Below, piece after piece: positions 24,501 through 35,644 of a stretch of DNA of 38,030 nucleotides (position 1 is its first letter; each line of letters begins with the position of its first letter). This DNA is from Octopus sinensis (lineage: Eukaryota): positions 1-38,030 of the forward strand of contig NW_021835765.1 in the NCBI RefSeq assembly GCF_006345805.1. Direction: 5' to 3'. Both the position numbers and the translations under genes were made by a program. The notes under the pieces are model-generated. The model searched no databases, was not told the DNA's origin, and was given only the letters and a program-made list of their open reading frames with translations.

Positions 24501-24940
24501 TAAATTGAACAACTACAATGTCCTCGACTTACATGATGAAGTCCTTAAAACCTTCCCCCCAAAAAAAAATTAAAAAAAAAGTTTTCTGCATTTTGGTTAA
24601 AATGAACAACTACAATGTCCTCGACTTACATGATGAAGTCCTTAAAACCTTCCCCCCAAAAAAAATTAAAAAAAAAGTTTTCTGCATTTTGGTTAAAATG
24701 AACAACTACAATGTCCTCGACTTACATGATGAAGTCCTTAAAACCTTCCCCCCAAAAAAAATTAAAAAAAAATTTTCTGCATTTTGGATAAAATGAACAA
24801 CTACGATGTCCTCGACTTACATGATGAGGTCCTTAAAACCTTCCCGCCAAAAAATCAAAAAATTATTTTCTGCATTTGATTAAAATGAACAACGTTAATG
24901 TCCTCGACATTCATGATGAGGTCCATTAAAACCTTCGAGG
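21551..24940. repeat. tandem array of ~93-99 bp units, about 36 copies
   Basis: Consensus approximately AACTACAATGTCCTCGACTTACATGATGAAGTCCTTAAAACCTTCCCCCCAAAAAAAATTAAAAAAAATTTTCTGCATTTTGGTTAAAATGAAC. Length variation is almost all in C and A homopolymers. Units were counted by hand. Confidence 0.97.
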
Positions 24941-25292
24941 CAAAAATCTCACGTATTAAGAATATCCTTGATGAAAACGACAGCGAGAATATTAACAATG
25001 ATGAACTCCCAATTATTCGCGATAAAGAAATTCAATTCATCCTATGTTTTTCTCTTTAAAATTAAATGCATATATCATTATCGACCATGAATCAAAATTA
25101 AAGCTATTATCATATTTGACTTTGACAGAATGTGCAATTACAGATTGCACGCCTTGAATAGAGTGTGCAATTAACAGATTTTGAAAAACACTTTGATAGT
25201 TGAAACCACATTAGCACAATCATTAACAACAATTTACCACCAATTGACAGCGCAATCAGAAGAATTTGCGTAAAAATATTAACTATTTAGTT

Positions 25293-25526
25293 AAGTTTTC
25301 GTAAAGATAGAATTTATTTTCGGTATGCCTCTTTTCCTAAACTTTTTTATTATTCAAAAATAATTTTTTAAATAGATAACCGAAGGAGGGAAGACGACCT
25401 TAAGAAAAGAAGTTTTCGTAAAGATAGAATTTATTTTCTGTATGCCTCTTTTTTCTAATATTTTTTATTATTCAAAAATAATTTTTTAAATAGATAACCG
25501 AAGGAGGAAAAACGAAGCTGAAGAAA
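25293..25526. repeat. two-copy tandem duplication, ~117-bp period
   Basis: aagttttcgtaaagatagaatttattttc...tagataaccgaaggag starts at both 25293 and 25410. Confidence 0.85.
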
Positions 25527-25867
25527 AAACGGTCAGCTTAAAGAATTAATTAAATCTTTTTTGTGTGTCGCTTTTTTGGCTGCTGCTACTCTGCCTGCGC
25601 GCATCTCCGGCTGCCCCATTTCCGCCAGTGGTTTGTCTAATCAAGGTCACTAAGCTAATCTCCGGACTATAAAGGCTCTTAAGCATTATCTTATTGGCTG
25701 TTAAAAAATTAGACTGGTTGTTGCCGTGGCGGCAGAGATTTTTTTGTTTATATATACTATTTTACAAATTTTTAAAGTTTTTTTTTGTTTTTTTTATTTT
25801 TTTGTTTTTAAATTATTCATTTTTATTTGTTTTTCTTTATTTTTTTGTTATTTTCTAAAAATTCAAC

Positions 25868-26320
25868 CGGATTGAATTTTTAAACTCCTTAGATCCCTCT
25901 GGAATGCCGAATCATCTTTTAAAGTTAAAGATAGGCGTTCCAGTGGTTTTATTACGAAATCTTGCGCCGCCTAAATTATGCAACGGAACGAGGTTAGTTA
26001 TCAAAATTTGATGGCTAACTTAATAGAGGCGACGATATTAACAGGTAAGTATAGAGGTGGGATGTTTTATATTCCACGAATTCCGATAATTCTGATGAAT
26101 TACCATTTAGATTTAAAAGGCTGCAATTTCCTTTGAGGATGAGTTGCAATGACAATAAACAGGCCAGGGACAGTCATTAAAGGTAGTTGGGTTATTTTTA
26201 GAGAGTGGTGCTTTTCACATGGACAGCTGTATGTGGGATGCTCGAGGGTAGGCAGAAGAGAAAATTTATTCATATATGCCAAGGAAGGACGACGACAAAC
26301 ATCGTTTATCAACAGGCGAT
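25868..26320 (+). pseudogene. Helitron PIF1-family helicase C-terminal remnant
   Basis: Reads [58 protein letters not shown]. It continues through frameshifts as RLQFPL..AMTINK, FSHGQLYVGCSRV. Confidence 0.9.
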
Positions 26321-26437
26321 AGAATAGGGTTACATTAAACCAGGTAGTTTTATACATCTACATAACTTATAGTTGTTTGATGAAACAGCCCTCCGCAGGA
26401 GCTAGGTCGCGGTGAGCGAAGCGAGCTGCCGAGCTAG

Positions 26438-27120
26438 TGGCTTCATATAGAGGTTATGTCAAAGTTTCTTTAGAGTATCGAATTTTAAAGATGCTTGGGA
26501 AAATAAATTCCCGGAAGATTTTTCTACGCAAGCAAAATATAGACTTATAAAAAAGATCGAGAATTTTACAATAATCAATGAAAGGTACTTTAGATTTACG
26601 ATTAATGCGCAGATTGTATCTCAAATCTGATGATCCAAAGCTCGTCATTACTTTGGACAATGAAACTGAAATGGAGCATGTAGCTAAATCTCTACACTAC
26701 ACGAATATTCACACGGAGGAGTAAACAAGATCGAGTATGAGTGTCGACAAAGATACTTCATTGTTAAAAATGACATAATCAGAAAAGTCATTCGAAATTG
26801 TGAAGTATGTAAATTGCCTGTCCATTGAAAGTTTTAATTCTTTTAATTTTTAATGTAGGTTGGTGATATGAATCATCATATTTTTGCTTCTTCTCCGGTG
26901 ATATGAATCATATAAGGCAATGAATAGAAAAATGAATGTACACAATAGTAAATACGAGTTTACTGTCGGAGATAAAGTTTAGATAAATAATTATAGATAG
27001 GTTCGAGTTAAAAAATTATGGAACAAACCCTTCGTTACGGTTGGATAAATTCGAGTCTGCATTCTATCCGACGGCTGAAATAATTAACATTTTATCAAAT
27101 AATCGAGTCGAGGTAAATCA
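26438..27120 (+). pseudogene. Ginger-like transposase/integrase remnant with the DDE core deleted
   Basis: Reads (M)ASYRGYVKVSLEY /fs/ WENKFPEDFSTQAKYRLIKKIENF / 28-nt intron 26585-26612 / LYLKSDDP..SLHYTNIH /fs/ GVNKIEYECRQRYF..IIRKVIRNCEVC (HHCC). It then jumps to the C-terminal FTVGDKV..KFESAFY..EIINILSNNRV. A 15-bp duplication (ggtgatatgaatcat) lies near the deletion junction. Confidence 0.75.
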
Positions 27121-27399
27121 ATCATTTTTATTTAATAGATAAAATATGCTAAAGGAGAGATATGGACGGTACCAATGGCAAGACTAAAAAAATGATTAAT
27201 TTTTTTTGTTAAAATGCATTATTCTTTGAAGTTATTCAATGATTAATAATTGACATCTACAAGGTCAAAAAATGTAACCGTTGCCCATGCGTAACGCGTT
27301 GCCCATGTCACATAATATATACCATAATCACGTACTCACATCAATGCAAATTTCAAATACATTTTATTGGCTTCCTCACTTGTCCTTTTGATTGATCTC

Positions 27400-27977
27400 A
27401 AATTTATAAACGAAATTGAATATTCGGAATCAAGTTATGATAGAAAATCCGAATAAAAAGATATTTAATTTATATTCATAATTGCATGAGATTAATCAAA
27501 TATTTTTAATAGTTTAATCACCTAATAATTGAATAGGAGATTAGCATTATAACAGATAAGTTACATTGACAGTCTGTCATATATAGAATCATCTTTTAGA
27601 TATAATGAAATGAGATTTTTTATAAAATGCATATTCTCAGTACAAAGAATTGTTTTAATTGTCAAACATAAAATCTATCATAGATAATAACTGCTTGTAG
27701 CCTTCTATCGAAAATCTTTTCCGACTGCGTAAAAAACAGACTAAAATTGGATTGGCTAATATTTAGATGATTGCACTATGTTTTGTCCTCCCGATATTTT
27801 GTTAAACAATTTTGAATCTCTAATCACAGCTTGTTATTCATTGATTTTGAAATTAATTCTCTCAAATCGGAAATTAAAAACATTTTTATTCATTTTAAGG
27901 TCTTTTGTTAATCTGAAATTTATAAACGAAATTGAATATTCGAATCAAGTTATGATAGAAAATCCGAATAAAAGATT
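27400..27977. repeat. ~62-bp direct repeat pair (27400-27462 and 27916-27977)
   Basis: aaatttataaacgaaattgaatattc(g)gaatcaagttatgatagaaaatccgaataaaa occurs twice, 516 bp apart. Weaker similarity extends about 50 bp upstream. Confidence 0.85.
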
Positions 27978-28214
27978 TTTCACGCTCTGGTGCGCTCTTC
28001 TGCTGAGAAGTAATCGGCATTAAAGTTAATAAAAACAAATTTGTTAAATTGAAATTAAATTCTAACTTTTTACTTTTTCCTGCCAAATTTGATTCAATGC
28101 TCCGAAAATTCAATTAATTTTGTTTATAATTTCGGATTAATTTTGTTTATTATTACAAAATAATTTTGTTGATTAATTTTTTTAATTAATTTTTCAAATT
28201 TAATTAACAGCACG

Positions 28215-29270
28215 CTTTCTATGGTTAGAAAAAGGACTGAAGTCAAAATTCATCTAAAAAACAGATTTGTAAAAATTAAGGATTCGAGGAAATGTCTCTG
28301 AATGAATTGTCTCAAATTATCAGAAGAGAATTAAACCTGGACCTACGAAATTCTACTTTATCTGAAATTTTAAAATAAAGAACAATGAAAAAGTGAGAGC
28401 TCAAACACTTACTATAGACAAGCTTGTAAAAATTATTATCTGCTTGAGAATTCATTGATAAAATGGATATCTCGAATGGATGTTATTAACGGAATGGACT
28501 GGACACAGCAAGAAACCAAACTGTTTCAAAGATTCAATGTTGGAAAATACTGTCATTATTATCCAAATTCGAAAGCCAGTTATTTGTTTAATTGCGTGAT
28601 GCTGCTACTTGATGATGAACTGAAGCAATATAACAAATTTATTTACTTCTTGATTACGCGCCACATTTTGAAGAACAATTTTCCAAACATTGAAGTTATA
28701 AAGCTTCCAAAGAGTCAACTGCTAATCTTCAACCAATGGATGCATGAATAATAATAAATCTAAGGCATCATTTCAGAAACAAGTTAGTGGTTGATTATAT
28801 GAATTTGCTTGATTAAACTTTTTTGTTAATTTTAGACACCCAATATTGTTACTTCACGAAGAAAAAAATAATTACTTTAACAAAAAAAGTGTAAAACAAG
28901 AAACTATCAGTAATTGTTTTAAAAAAGTTGGAATTATTCAAGTCTTATGCTGGAGAAGAGTTGTCTCCAGATCCAATTATTGAGGCACACAATAATGAGC
29001 TAGACCAAATTGTGATTGAAGAAGATATATTTCAAACAGAAAAAGTCATTGATGACGATGAAATCATTGGACTGTTTCAAGAAGAATACACTGTTGAAGA
29101 TATCATACTTAATGCTGAAGATGGCCAGAGTTACGATATTAGCCCAACCACTTTATTTGATGCAATTCAATAAAGTATTTTACATTTTTTTATAAAATCG
29201 AAAATTCAAAACCAAAAAAAGTGAACAAGTTTAATTTACTTAAATATATCAAAGAAATGTTCAATTTTTT
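28215..29270 (+). mobile_element. pogo/Tigger transposase remnant
   Basis: HTH (NELSQIIRRELNLDLRNSTLSEILK), DDE_1 pieces (YYPNSKA, LLLDDELKQ, FPNIEVIKLP) and an acidic tail at 28928-29173. Heavily deleted; termini not defined. Confidence 0.7.
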
Positions 29271-29307
29271 AAAATAATTCAAATTCAATAATTCGTAATA
29301 TCGCTAC

Positions 29308-29710
29308 ATGGCTAGTCATACAACTTTTGAAGAAAAAGCCATAATCATTTGCATGTATAAATCTGGAAAAAACATACAGAGAAATACAAAATATCACCAA
29401 AAGATTGCTCGGCACGATATCAAAAATTATCAGAAGCTACTCAAATAACTTCTTGACGGACAGAAAAGCCGGGTCTGGTCGACCGTCATTGCTTAATTGT
29501 CAATAAATATTTCAAATAAATAAATTTGAAAAGAGATGCCCATTTAAACTTTGTTAAATATGCCAAAACCTTTACAAAAAAAACAGAAAAATCAGTAACA
29601 GCTTAAACAAGAAAAAATAAAATGAAAAAAATTGGTTTGAATGTTTATCTGGCCATGAAATCCCACTTCTTACCCAAAAACATAAACTTCGACGATTGAC
29701 GCATCTAAAA
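29308..29710 (+). mobile_element. Tc1 transposase N-terminal remnant
   Basis: Reads MASHTTFEEKAIIICMYKSGKTYREIQNITKRLLGTISKIIRSY..RKAGSGRPSLL. It is truncated where a CRE fragment begins. Confidence 0.75.
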
Positions 29711-29739
29711 ATCAATGTACACAAATCACATCATTTTCC

Positions 29740-30000
29740 TTTTGTTCTGTAGTATGGTATTGAACGAGGCAAACTTGTTCCTCGAATACTCCCGAATACA
29801 TCTCCGGATCCTTCGGCCCGCAAACAGCCAAGTTCTTGAAGGACGTCGGCCTCTTTATCGCTCGAAGAAACATGGAGGACGCGAATCCTCTTGGCTGAGA
29901 CAAAGGATTTCGGTTACAATCATGCGCGGCAACGCACAAGCTATCCGTTCGACCTGGACATAACCGTTATCTCACAGCGCTCGTAGGTCGAGCTCGTTTT
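29740..30000 (+). mobile_element. CRE-clade retrotransposon 3' fragment
   Basis: Reads SGSFGPQTAKFLKDVGLFIARR /fs/ GRESSWLRQRISVTIMRGNAQAIRSTWT*. Confidence 0.75.
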
Positions 30001-30099
30001 TCCTCGCGGACTTTTTCATTTTCACTTTTAAACTGATTACATTTGGTTGTAATAGCAGAATTAACTGCCCAAATGGTCATCTCAAATACACTTGCTGAA

Positions 30100-30700
30100 A
30101 ATATTATGTATTTCTTCTTTTAAATTTCGTTAAAAATGTGCAAAAATAATTCAGAGATAATAAAAAAACCCCTCTCAGTAATAATACATTTCGTAGAAAA
30201 ATTGATGAAATGTCCATACAAATTGAGGACATATTGTCTGATAAATTGACAAGAATTAAATTTTTTGAAAATGATAAAATTTTCTCAAAACATTTATTTA
30301 TGCTGAAATCAGAAATAAATTCCCATTTTCATAATATAATAAATATTCAAATTCCACGATGAATCTATACTATTCGAATCCATAATGTGACTGCTTGTGC
30401 TAAGTTTGCTATGCAAGCTTAGGGTTTATAAATAAATAAATAATGGGAATTACTAAGTGGTCATAAATTTAATTACAAAAACAGAGGGGTACATTATTCA
30501 ATTGAGAAAGCATTTACTGATCTGGAATTTAAAATCAAATATTTCGACATATATTTGTGTTCATAACTAATCGCGATAATGAACAACATCGAGAGTGATA
30601 AATCCAGAGTTATCCTTTTTCGAATTCTTAAATTATAACTCGTGGAGCAGAGTAAAAGCTGCCCGTGATCTCTACTTAATTCATAGATTTTTACAATTAA
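30100..30700 (+). mobile_element. hAT (Buster-like) transposase fragments
   Basis: KKTPLSNNTFRRKIDEMSIQIEDILSDKL matches the Buster PLSNNTVxRRIxEMS motif. Downstream matches are weaker. Confidence 0.6.
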
Positions 30701-30858
30701 AAACATTAAATTGATAACTCCTGATAAAAATTTTTCTGCCCATCGAACAGATATCTCAAAAAATAATTTTCCAGTTTATTCATCAAAACTCCTCTTGTGA
30801 ACGAACTGTTTTATTGGTCGAAGAAATCTCATATCAGACCAGAGAAAATAAGATAATA

Positions 30859-33094
30859 CACTCAACCCTCGCAAATTGGCCCCTCTCAAATTGGCCACAA
30901 ATTTTAATTTTTTTGTGCTATAATTTTTATTCTTCAAAATTTTTTTTAATAAATTTGAATTTTATTAATAAAATTTGTCCCAAATGTCTTCTCGCAATAT
31001 TTATACTCGTCCGAATTTTAATCAGAAAATAGAAATTTTATCTTATAAAGAAAGAATCCTCATTTTTCGTGTCATCATTTGGCCGAAAGAATTTCTTTTT
31101 TTTTAATAAAAAAATTTCTCGAAAAACAAACAACAACATTCTTTTGAAAAAAGATTCTCTTCTCAAAGATAGCAAGATACACAATCTAGGTTCAAAAAAA
31201 GTATCAAATCTTAAGTTTCCTGAACTTGATGCAAAATGGTTGAATGGATGGATTTGATTGTGACTAGAGGTATCTTATTTAGGGTCTAATATTTAGACGG
31301 TTTTCTTAATGATGCCTTAATTTCTAGTAAGGCTATGTTTTTTGCGCAACAACTTAAACTAGTAAATTTTAAAACTTAAATGGTTTTTTGAAAAAAATTA
31401 AAAAACGAAATGGATTTCGAATGCGAAAATTCATGGAAAATTGAAAACAGATGATCCCGTTGATATCTAATCTTTCCTTTCTAAATTTCGTGAAGTTTTA
31501 CAGAGATACAATGATGATCAAATTTACACTTAGATGAAACTAGATTGTTTTATAAATCATTCCTTCAAAATCTATTTGTCGCAACCGATTTAAAGGTTAC
31601 AAAAATTTCAAGGATCGTGTTTCTATAATGCTTTGCACAAATTGATTGAAATAAGTTAGTCAAGGATTAAAAGGCACTTGCGGTTGCACGCATGATGGAG
31701 TGTGCATTGCCGCGAACGACAGCTATTCCAATTTGTTGGAATAACCATGACACTTCTCGAGGCTCCCACGTCGCCTAGCAACTTTTCCTCCGACTTCTCT
31801 GATGAAAGAAGTCGTAAGAGGGCCGGTTACCCCAGAAGTCTCCACAGCGATAGGTACGAAGCGGTACCGTTGTCAAAGATTTGCGTATTTGGCAATTTTT
31901 CTTTGCTCTGCAGCATCTGCTGCAGAACCTGGAGAAACAGCAGAAGAGATCATATTAGTTTTGGAATGGGTGTCAGTCAACACACGTTGAATCCCAAACC
32001 AACGATTTTCCACAGGAGTAGGGAAAAGTGGTCATCCCATCGGGTCTTTTCCCATCTCCACGATATAAGCCCACTGGCTCTAGGATCGAGGGGAAGCCCG
32101 CCGACTCAAGAGCTCTTAAGATAACATTGTTAATAGCGGAGTGCCGAGGAGCTCGGCCAGCACTTCGTTTGCAAGAGAGTGGTGTACACCTTTGACGTCA
32201 ACCATTTTTCCACATCTACAACGATGTTGTTCGCAGATGTCAAGTCCGAGTCTCAGTGCAGTACCGATACGCATGCAGTCATCCTCTAATAATGTTCCGA
32301 GGCCAGCAATTGGCATAGCATTCAGCCATGACCCACTGAGTGGCACAGCTGCAGAGCGTAAGCAGGCGAGGCGGTGCTGGTCGAGCCTCATTGCCAGGTT
32401 GTCTGCGGTGAACGCCTCTCTCTACTCGACTCCCACACGGCCTTTTTCCTCCTCAAAAATTGCATCCACGTTCCCAAACTGTTATATTTATTGAGATGCT
32501 CGCCCTGCTTTATACAAGATGAAATATTGCATTCTATCGATGATACGTTAAGATTGTGCGCCGAGTGGATCCTAAATGTCCGTTTCGATAATGATGGGTG
32601 ACCCAGTGTAAACTACCTCTTATTCTGGCAAAGCTGGCCTAAGATCCGCCCTGGACCTTGCCCTCCCAGCTTTCCTGTCCTCTCACTCATCCTGCCGAAG
32701 GCTATCCTTGGAGATTCTACATAAATCCCCCGAATCTTCTTTGGACAGGCCTTTTGAAGATGGATGTATGCTGTGGAAGGAATCAGGATTAAAATTCCCG
32801 ATCCAAACATCACTCCAACAGAGCTGGGACAAATTAAGCTACAAAATTGACTTGTAAATGATATAGAACTCATTGATTTACAAAATTATATAGAACTGGA
32901 CTGGCGGCTTTGTTCAAAAATGCGTCCATTATTAATTTTTACGAATTGGAAAATATAAAAATATTATAAAATATTTTTTGTACGGCCCGCGAAGCTAATC
33001 TTAATTATCGATTTGGAAGGATTATCGATTTTTAAATCTAATTGGCCAACAAAATTGAAGTATCCAAAAATGCCCAATTTGAAACGGTTGAGTG
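30859..33094 (+). mobile_element. pogo/Tigger element with TIRs and TA TSD, interrupted by a CRE insertion
   Basis: TA|cactcaaccctcgcaaattggcc ... gcccaatttgaaacggttgagtg|TA (23-bp TIR, 4 mismatches). The transposase reads KFPELDAK..TR / 27-nt intron 31270-31296 / DGFLNDALISSKA..KGYKNFKDRVSIMLCTN. Confidence 0.85.
31646..32843 (-). mobile_element. CRE-clade non-LTR retrotransposon with an inverted 5' part
   Basis: Minus 32409-31646 reads [61 protein letters not shown]. Plus 32407-32843 reads GERLSLLDSHTAFFLLKNC..LLYLLRCSP..DLALPAFLSS..QQSWDKLS. Candidate TSD AAATTGA at 31639-31645 and 32844-32850. Confidence 0.85.
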
Positions 33095-33637
33095 TATTAA
33101 AAAAATCAGAATAGTAGAAAAAATCAAAATAATAAAAAAATCAAAATAAACAATAAAATACTAGAAAGAAATAAATTAAAAAAGTCTGTATGAATGCATA
33201 TTAATTAATTGATAAAATGAATACAAATTCACTTGCAAAATATACTTTATGCAAGATATTTTACCAGTAATCAATTTAATTAATAGTCAAACAAATAAAA
33301 AAAACAAAAAATTATAAAATTAAAACATAAAAGCACGAAAAAATAAAATAAGAATTAACTGCATACATGCACAACAAAAGAAAATAATATAACGTGCGTA
33401 ATAATTTATTGTAGTTAATTCGATAAATTAAAAACATTTAAAAAATAAAATAAATAACATTTAATATCACCAATCTGTATTATTTCAGCTCGTCAAATAT
33501 AAGGGCAAAAAGAAATTGTTCTACAAGGATCCTTTTCTTCTAAACCTGCCATCAATTTTGTCTTCAAAAAAAAAGTTTGTTGAGCCATGGGAAAAATGCC
33601 AGAATTTCCACATCCTTAGATGCAAAATTGATTTCGT

Positions 33638-35566
33638 CAGTGTAAAACCTCTCGAATCCGCCACCTCTCGAATCCGCCGAATTTTTTCAAGAATACGAAA
33701 TTTCCTATGAGATATTCCCGAATCCGCAAATTTCTCGAATCCGCCGCGTTTTTAGAAATATATATTTTTTTTTTCTTAATTATTTTTTTTTAAATTCAAA
33801 ACACTTTTACACGAGACATTCATTTAATTGTGTGTTGGTCCTGTTAATTGTAATGAAACGTAATTGTACCAGATTTAAAAATTCCGAAAAACAAAAATTA
33901 TTAAATTTATCGATCAAAATCCAGGAATTTCGCTTACAAGAGTGTCCGCTATCTTTTCCGAAAGATTCAGACGCGTTATTTCAAGACGATCTTTAAACGA
34001 CCTTAGGAGCAGAAGGAATGTATCTGCCTTGCTTTTTTCAGAATTATCTCGGAATCCATATTTAAAGTTCAATGAAATTGATGAAGATACTATGTCATGG
34101 ATTGAAATGATGGAAACCAGAGGAGCATTTCTTAATGATTCGATTATTCTTACAAAGGCTGAAGACTTTGAGAAGAAACGTCAAATAACTGAGTTTAAAG
34201 CCAGTCGTGGATGGCTTGAAAAATTTAAAAGAAGACATGGTTAAAATTGAAGAAACTTTATGGAGAATCTTCTACAGAGAATTTCTCAAATTCTGAAGTT
34301 AATGATTTTCTCATTAATATAGAGTAAAAATAAAATTATATGGTCGCGAAAATGTCTATAATGCAGATGAGACAGGATTATTTTATAAAGCTCTTCCATG
34401 TAAAAGCATTTGCAAGATCAAGAGATATGGACATAAATTATTGAAGGATCGAATATCGATAATGTTCTGTTCAAATATGACTGGTACCGATAAACTAACA
34501 CCATTCATAATTGGAAAATTCAAAAATCCTAGATGCTCTAAAAATTTAGCTATCGAAGTTTTGTGACCTATCATAATTCAAAAAAAGCATGGATGGATTC
34601 TATGTTTTCCTTATTAAACTGGGGGATTTGGCAGCAGAAGAAGAAAATGATCATTGGGAACGGACATGGCTTTTCTAACGCATAACAATAGCCATCTTGC
34701 GTGGGAATTGCCATTCCATCTTATCCTCTGCAGCTAATTAAATACTAAATAACAGATTCAAATATGATAATTTCGTTTTTAAAAAAAAAATGTAAAAAAA
34801 AAAATTTTAATAAGAAATTATAAATTTCTTTTAAGATGCCAATCTTTGGGAAAGACAGATTTTTGTTACGACGATTTATCAAATTGAAAAGCAAAAAGAT
34901 ATTAATAATATGTTAATTAATTTCTTCAAAAAAAAATTTTTTTGGGTTTTAGTGGTGCATGAGTAGGCTTGAATGCCCACTTAATAGTCCAAGAAAGTTT
35001 GCCCTCAAATGCGAAAAAAGTTTTTTGATATACGATTATTCCCCCGAGTACTGCCCCCTTATCAACGGAACATGTATAGTCATCCCAATTAGTCGACAGT
35101 CGGTGACGAATTTGCCAATAAATATTCCGTCGTCTTGTACGTACATTCAAATACCAGGGAGGAACATTGGTAACACGTGACTATTTACAAAATTCTAAGA
35201 GAATGAAGAGATCCTGGACAATTTGGATGAAAATGATGATGAGGACATTGATTGTGGAGAAAAAAAGAATGGACAAGTCGTTTTAGACCACGATGCTTTG
35301 AATGCTCTCCATACATTGAGGAAGTACTTCAACACAAAAGGATGAAACTAATTTAAATGTCTTCAATCACCTTGATGATGTTAGTAGAAACATCAAAATA
35401 ACTAATAACTATTAAACTAAAATAACTGACTATATTTAAAGAAATTAATGTCTTCATTTTTTAATTAGTCTATAAAAAATTCAAATTTGTCTCTCGAATC
35501 CGCCAAACTCTCGAATCCGCCGTAATTTCCCAGGTCCAAATTTGGCGGATTCGAGAGGTTTTACTG
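33638..35566 (+). mobile_element. pogo/Tigger element, decayed, with an internal foreign insert
   Basis: TIRs cag(tg)taaaacctctcgaatccgcca and tggcggattcgagaggttttactg|TA, with repeated ctcgaatccgcc subterminal motifs. The transposase reads FKASRGWLEKFKRRHG, YNADETGLFYKALP, KDRISIMFCSNMTGTDKL, KAWM. An acidic tail lies at about 35190-35450. Confidence 0.88.
34630..34745 (+). mobile_element. CRE-clade retrotransposon extreme 3' fragment
   Basis: Reads ERTWLF*RITIAILRGNCHSILSSAAN*, followed by A-rich sequence. Confidence 0.65.
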
Positions 35567-35613
35567 TACCAAAATTTTACTCTTTGTGGTTTCATTAATA
35601 AAATGAAATTAAC

Positions 35614-35644
35614 TGCCCATAGGTATCGCGTGGCCCATGTGACA
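35614..35644. mobile_element. solo terminus related to the 21237-27312 Ginger-like TIR
   Basis: tgcccataggtatcgcgtggcccatgtgaca versus the right TIR tgcccatgcgtaacgcgttgcccatgtcaca: 26/31 identical, ending in ACA. Confidence 0.65.

Larger units (their letters stand above)
21488..26437 (+). mobile_element. Helitron, non-autonomous (internally deleted), carrying a tandem array
   Basis: 5' end a|TCTAATAATAAAA followed by a (GTCT)n tract. 3' end has a GC-rich imperfect hairpin then CTAG|t at 26434-26438. It is inserted in an AT dinucleotide, with a PIF1 helicase C-terminus just inside the 3' end. Confidence 0.85.
21237..27312 (+). mobile_element. Ginger-like (Gypsy-integrase) DNA transposon, 6076 bp including a nested Helitron
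   Basis: TIRs 21237-21300 and 27250-27312 are identical except for one indel. Termini are TGT...ACA, with a 5-bp direct repeat TAATA at 21232-21236 and 27313-27317. An integrase remnant lies inside. Confidence 0.85.

Noticed and set aside
21551-24940. CRISPR array or genuine protein-coding ORFs in the repeat
   Set aside because: Units are contiguous with no unique spacers, there are no cas genes and the context is eukaryotic. The ORFs are by-products of the repeat, and frames break at homopolymers.
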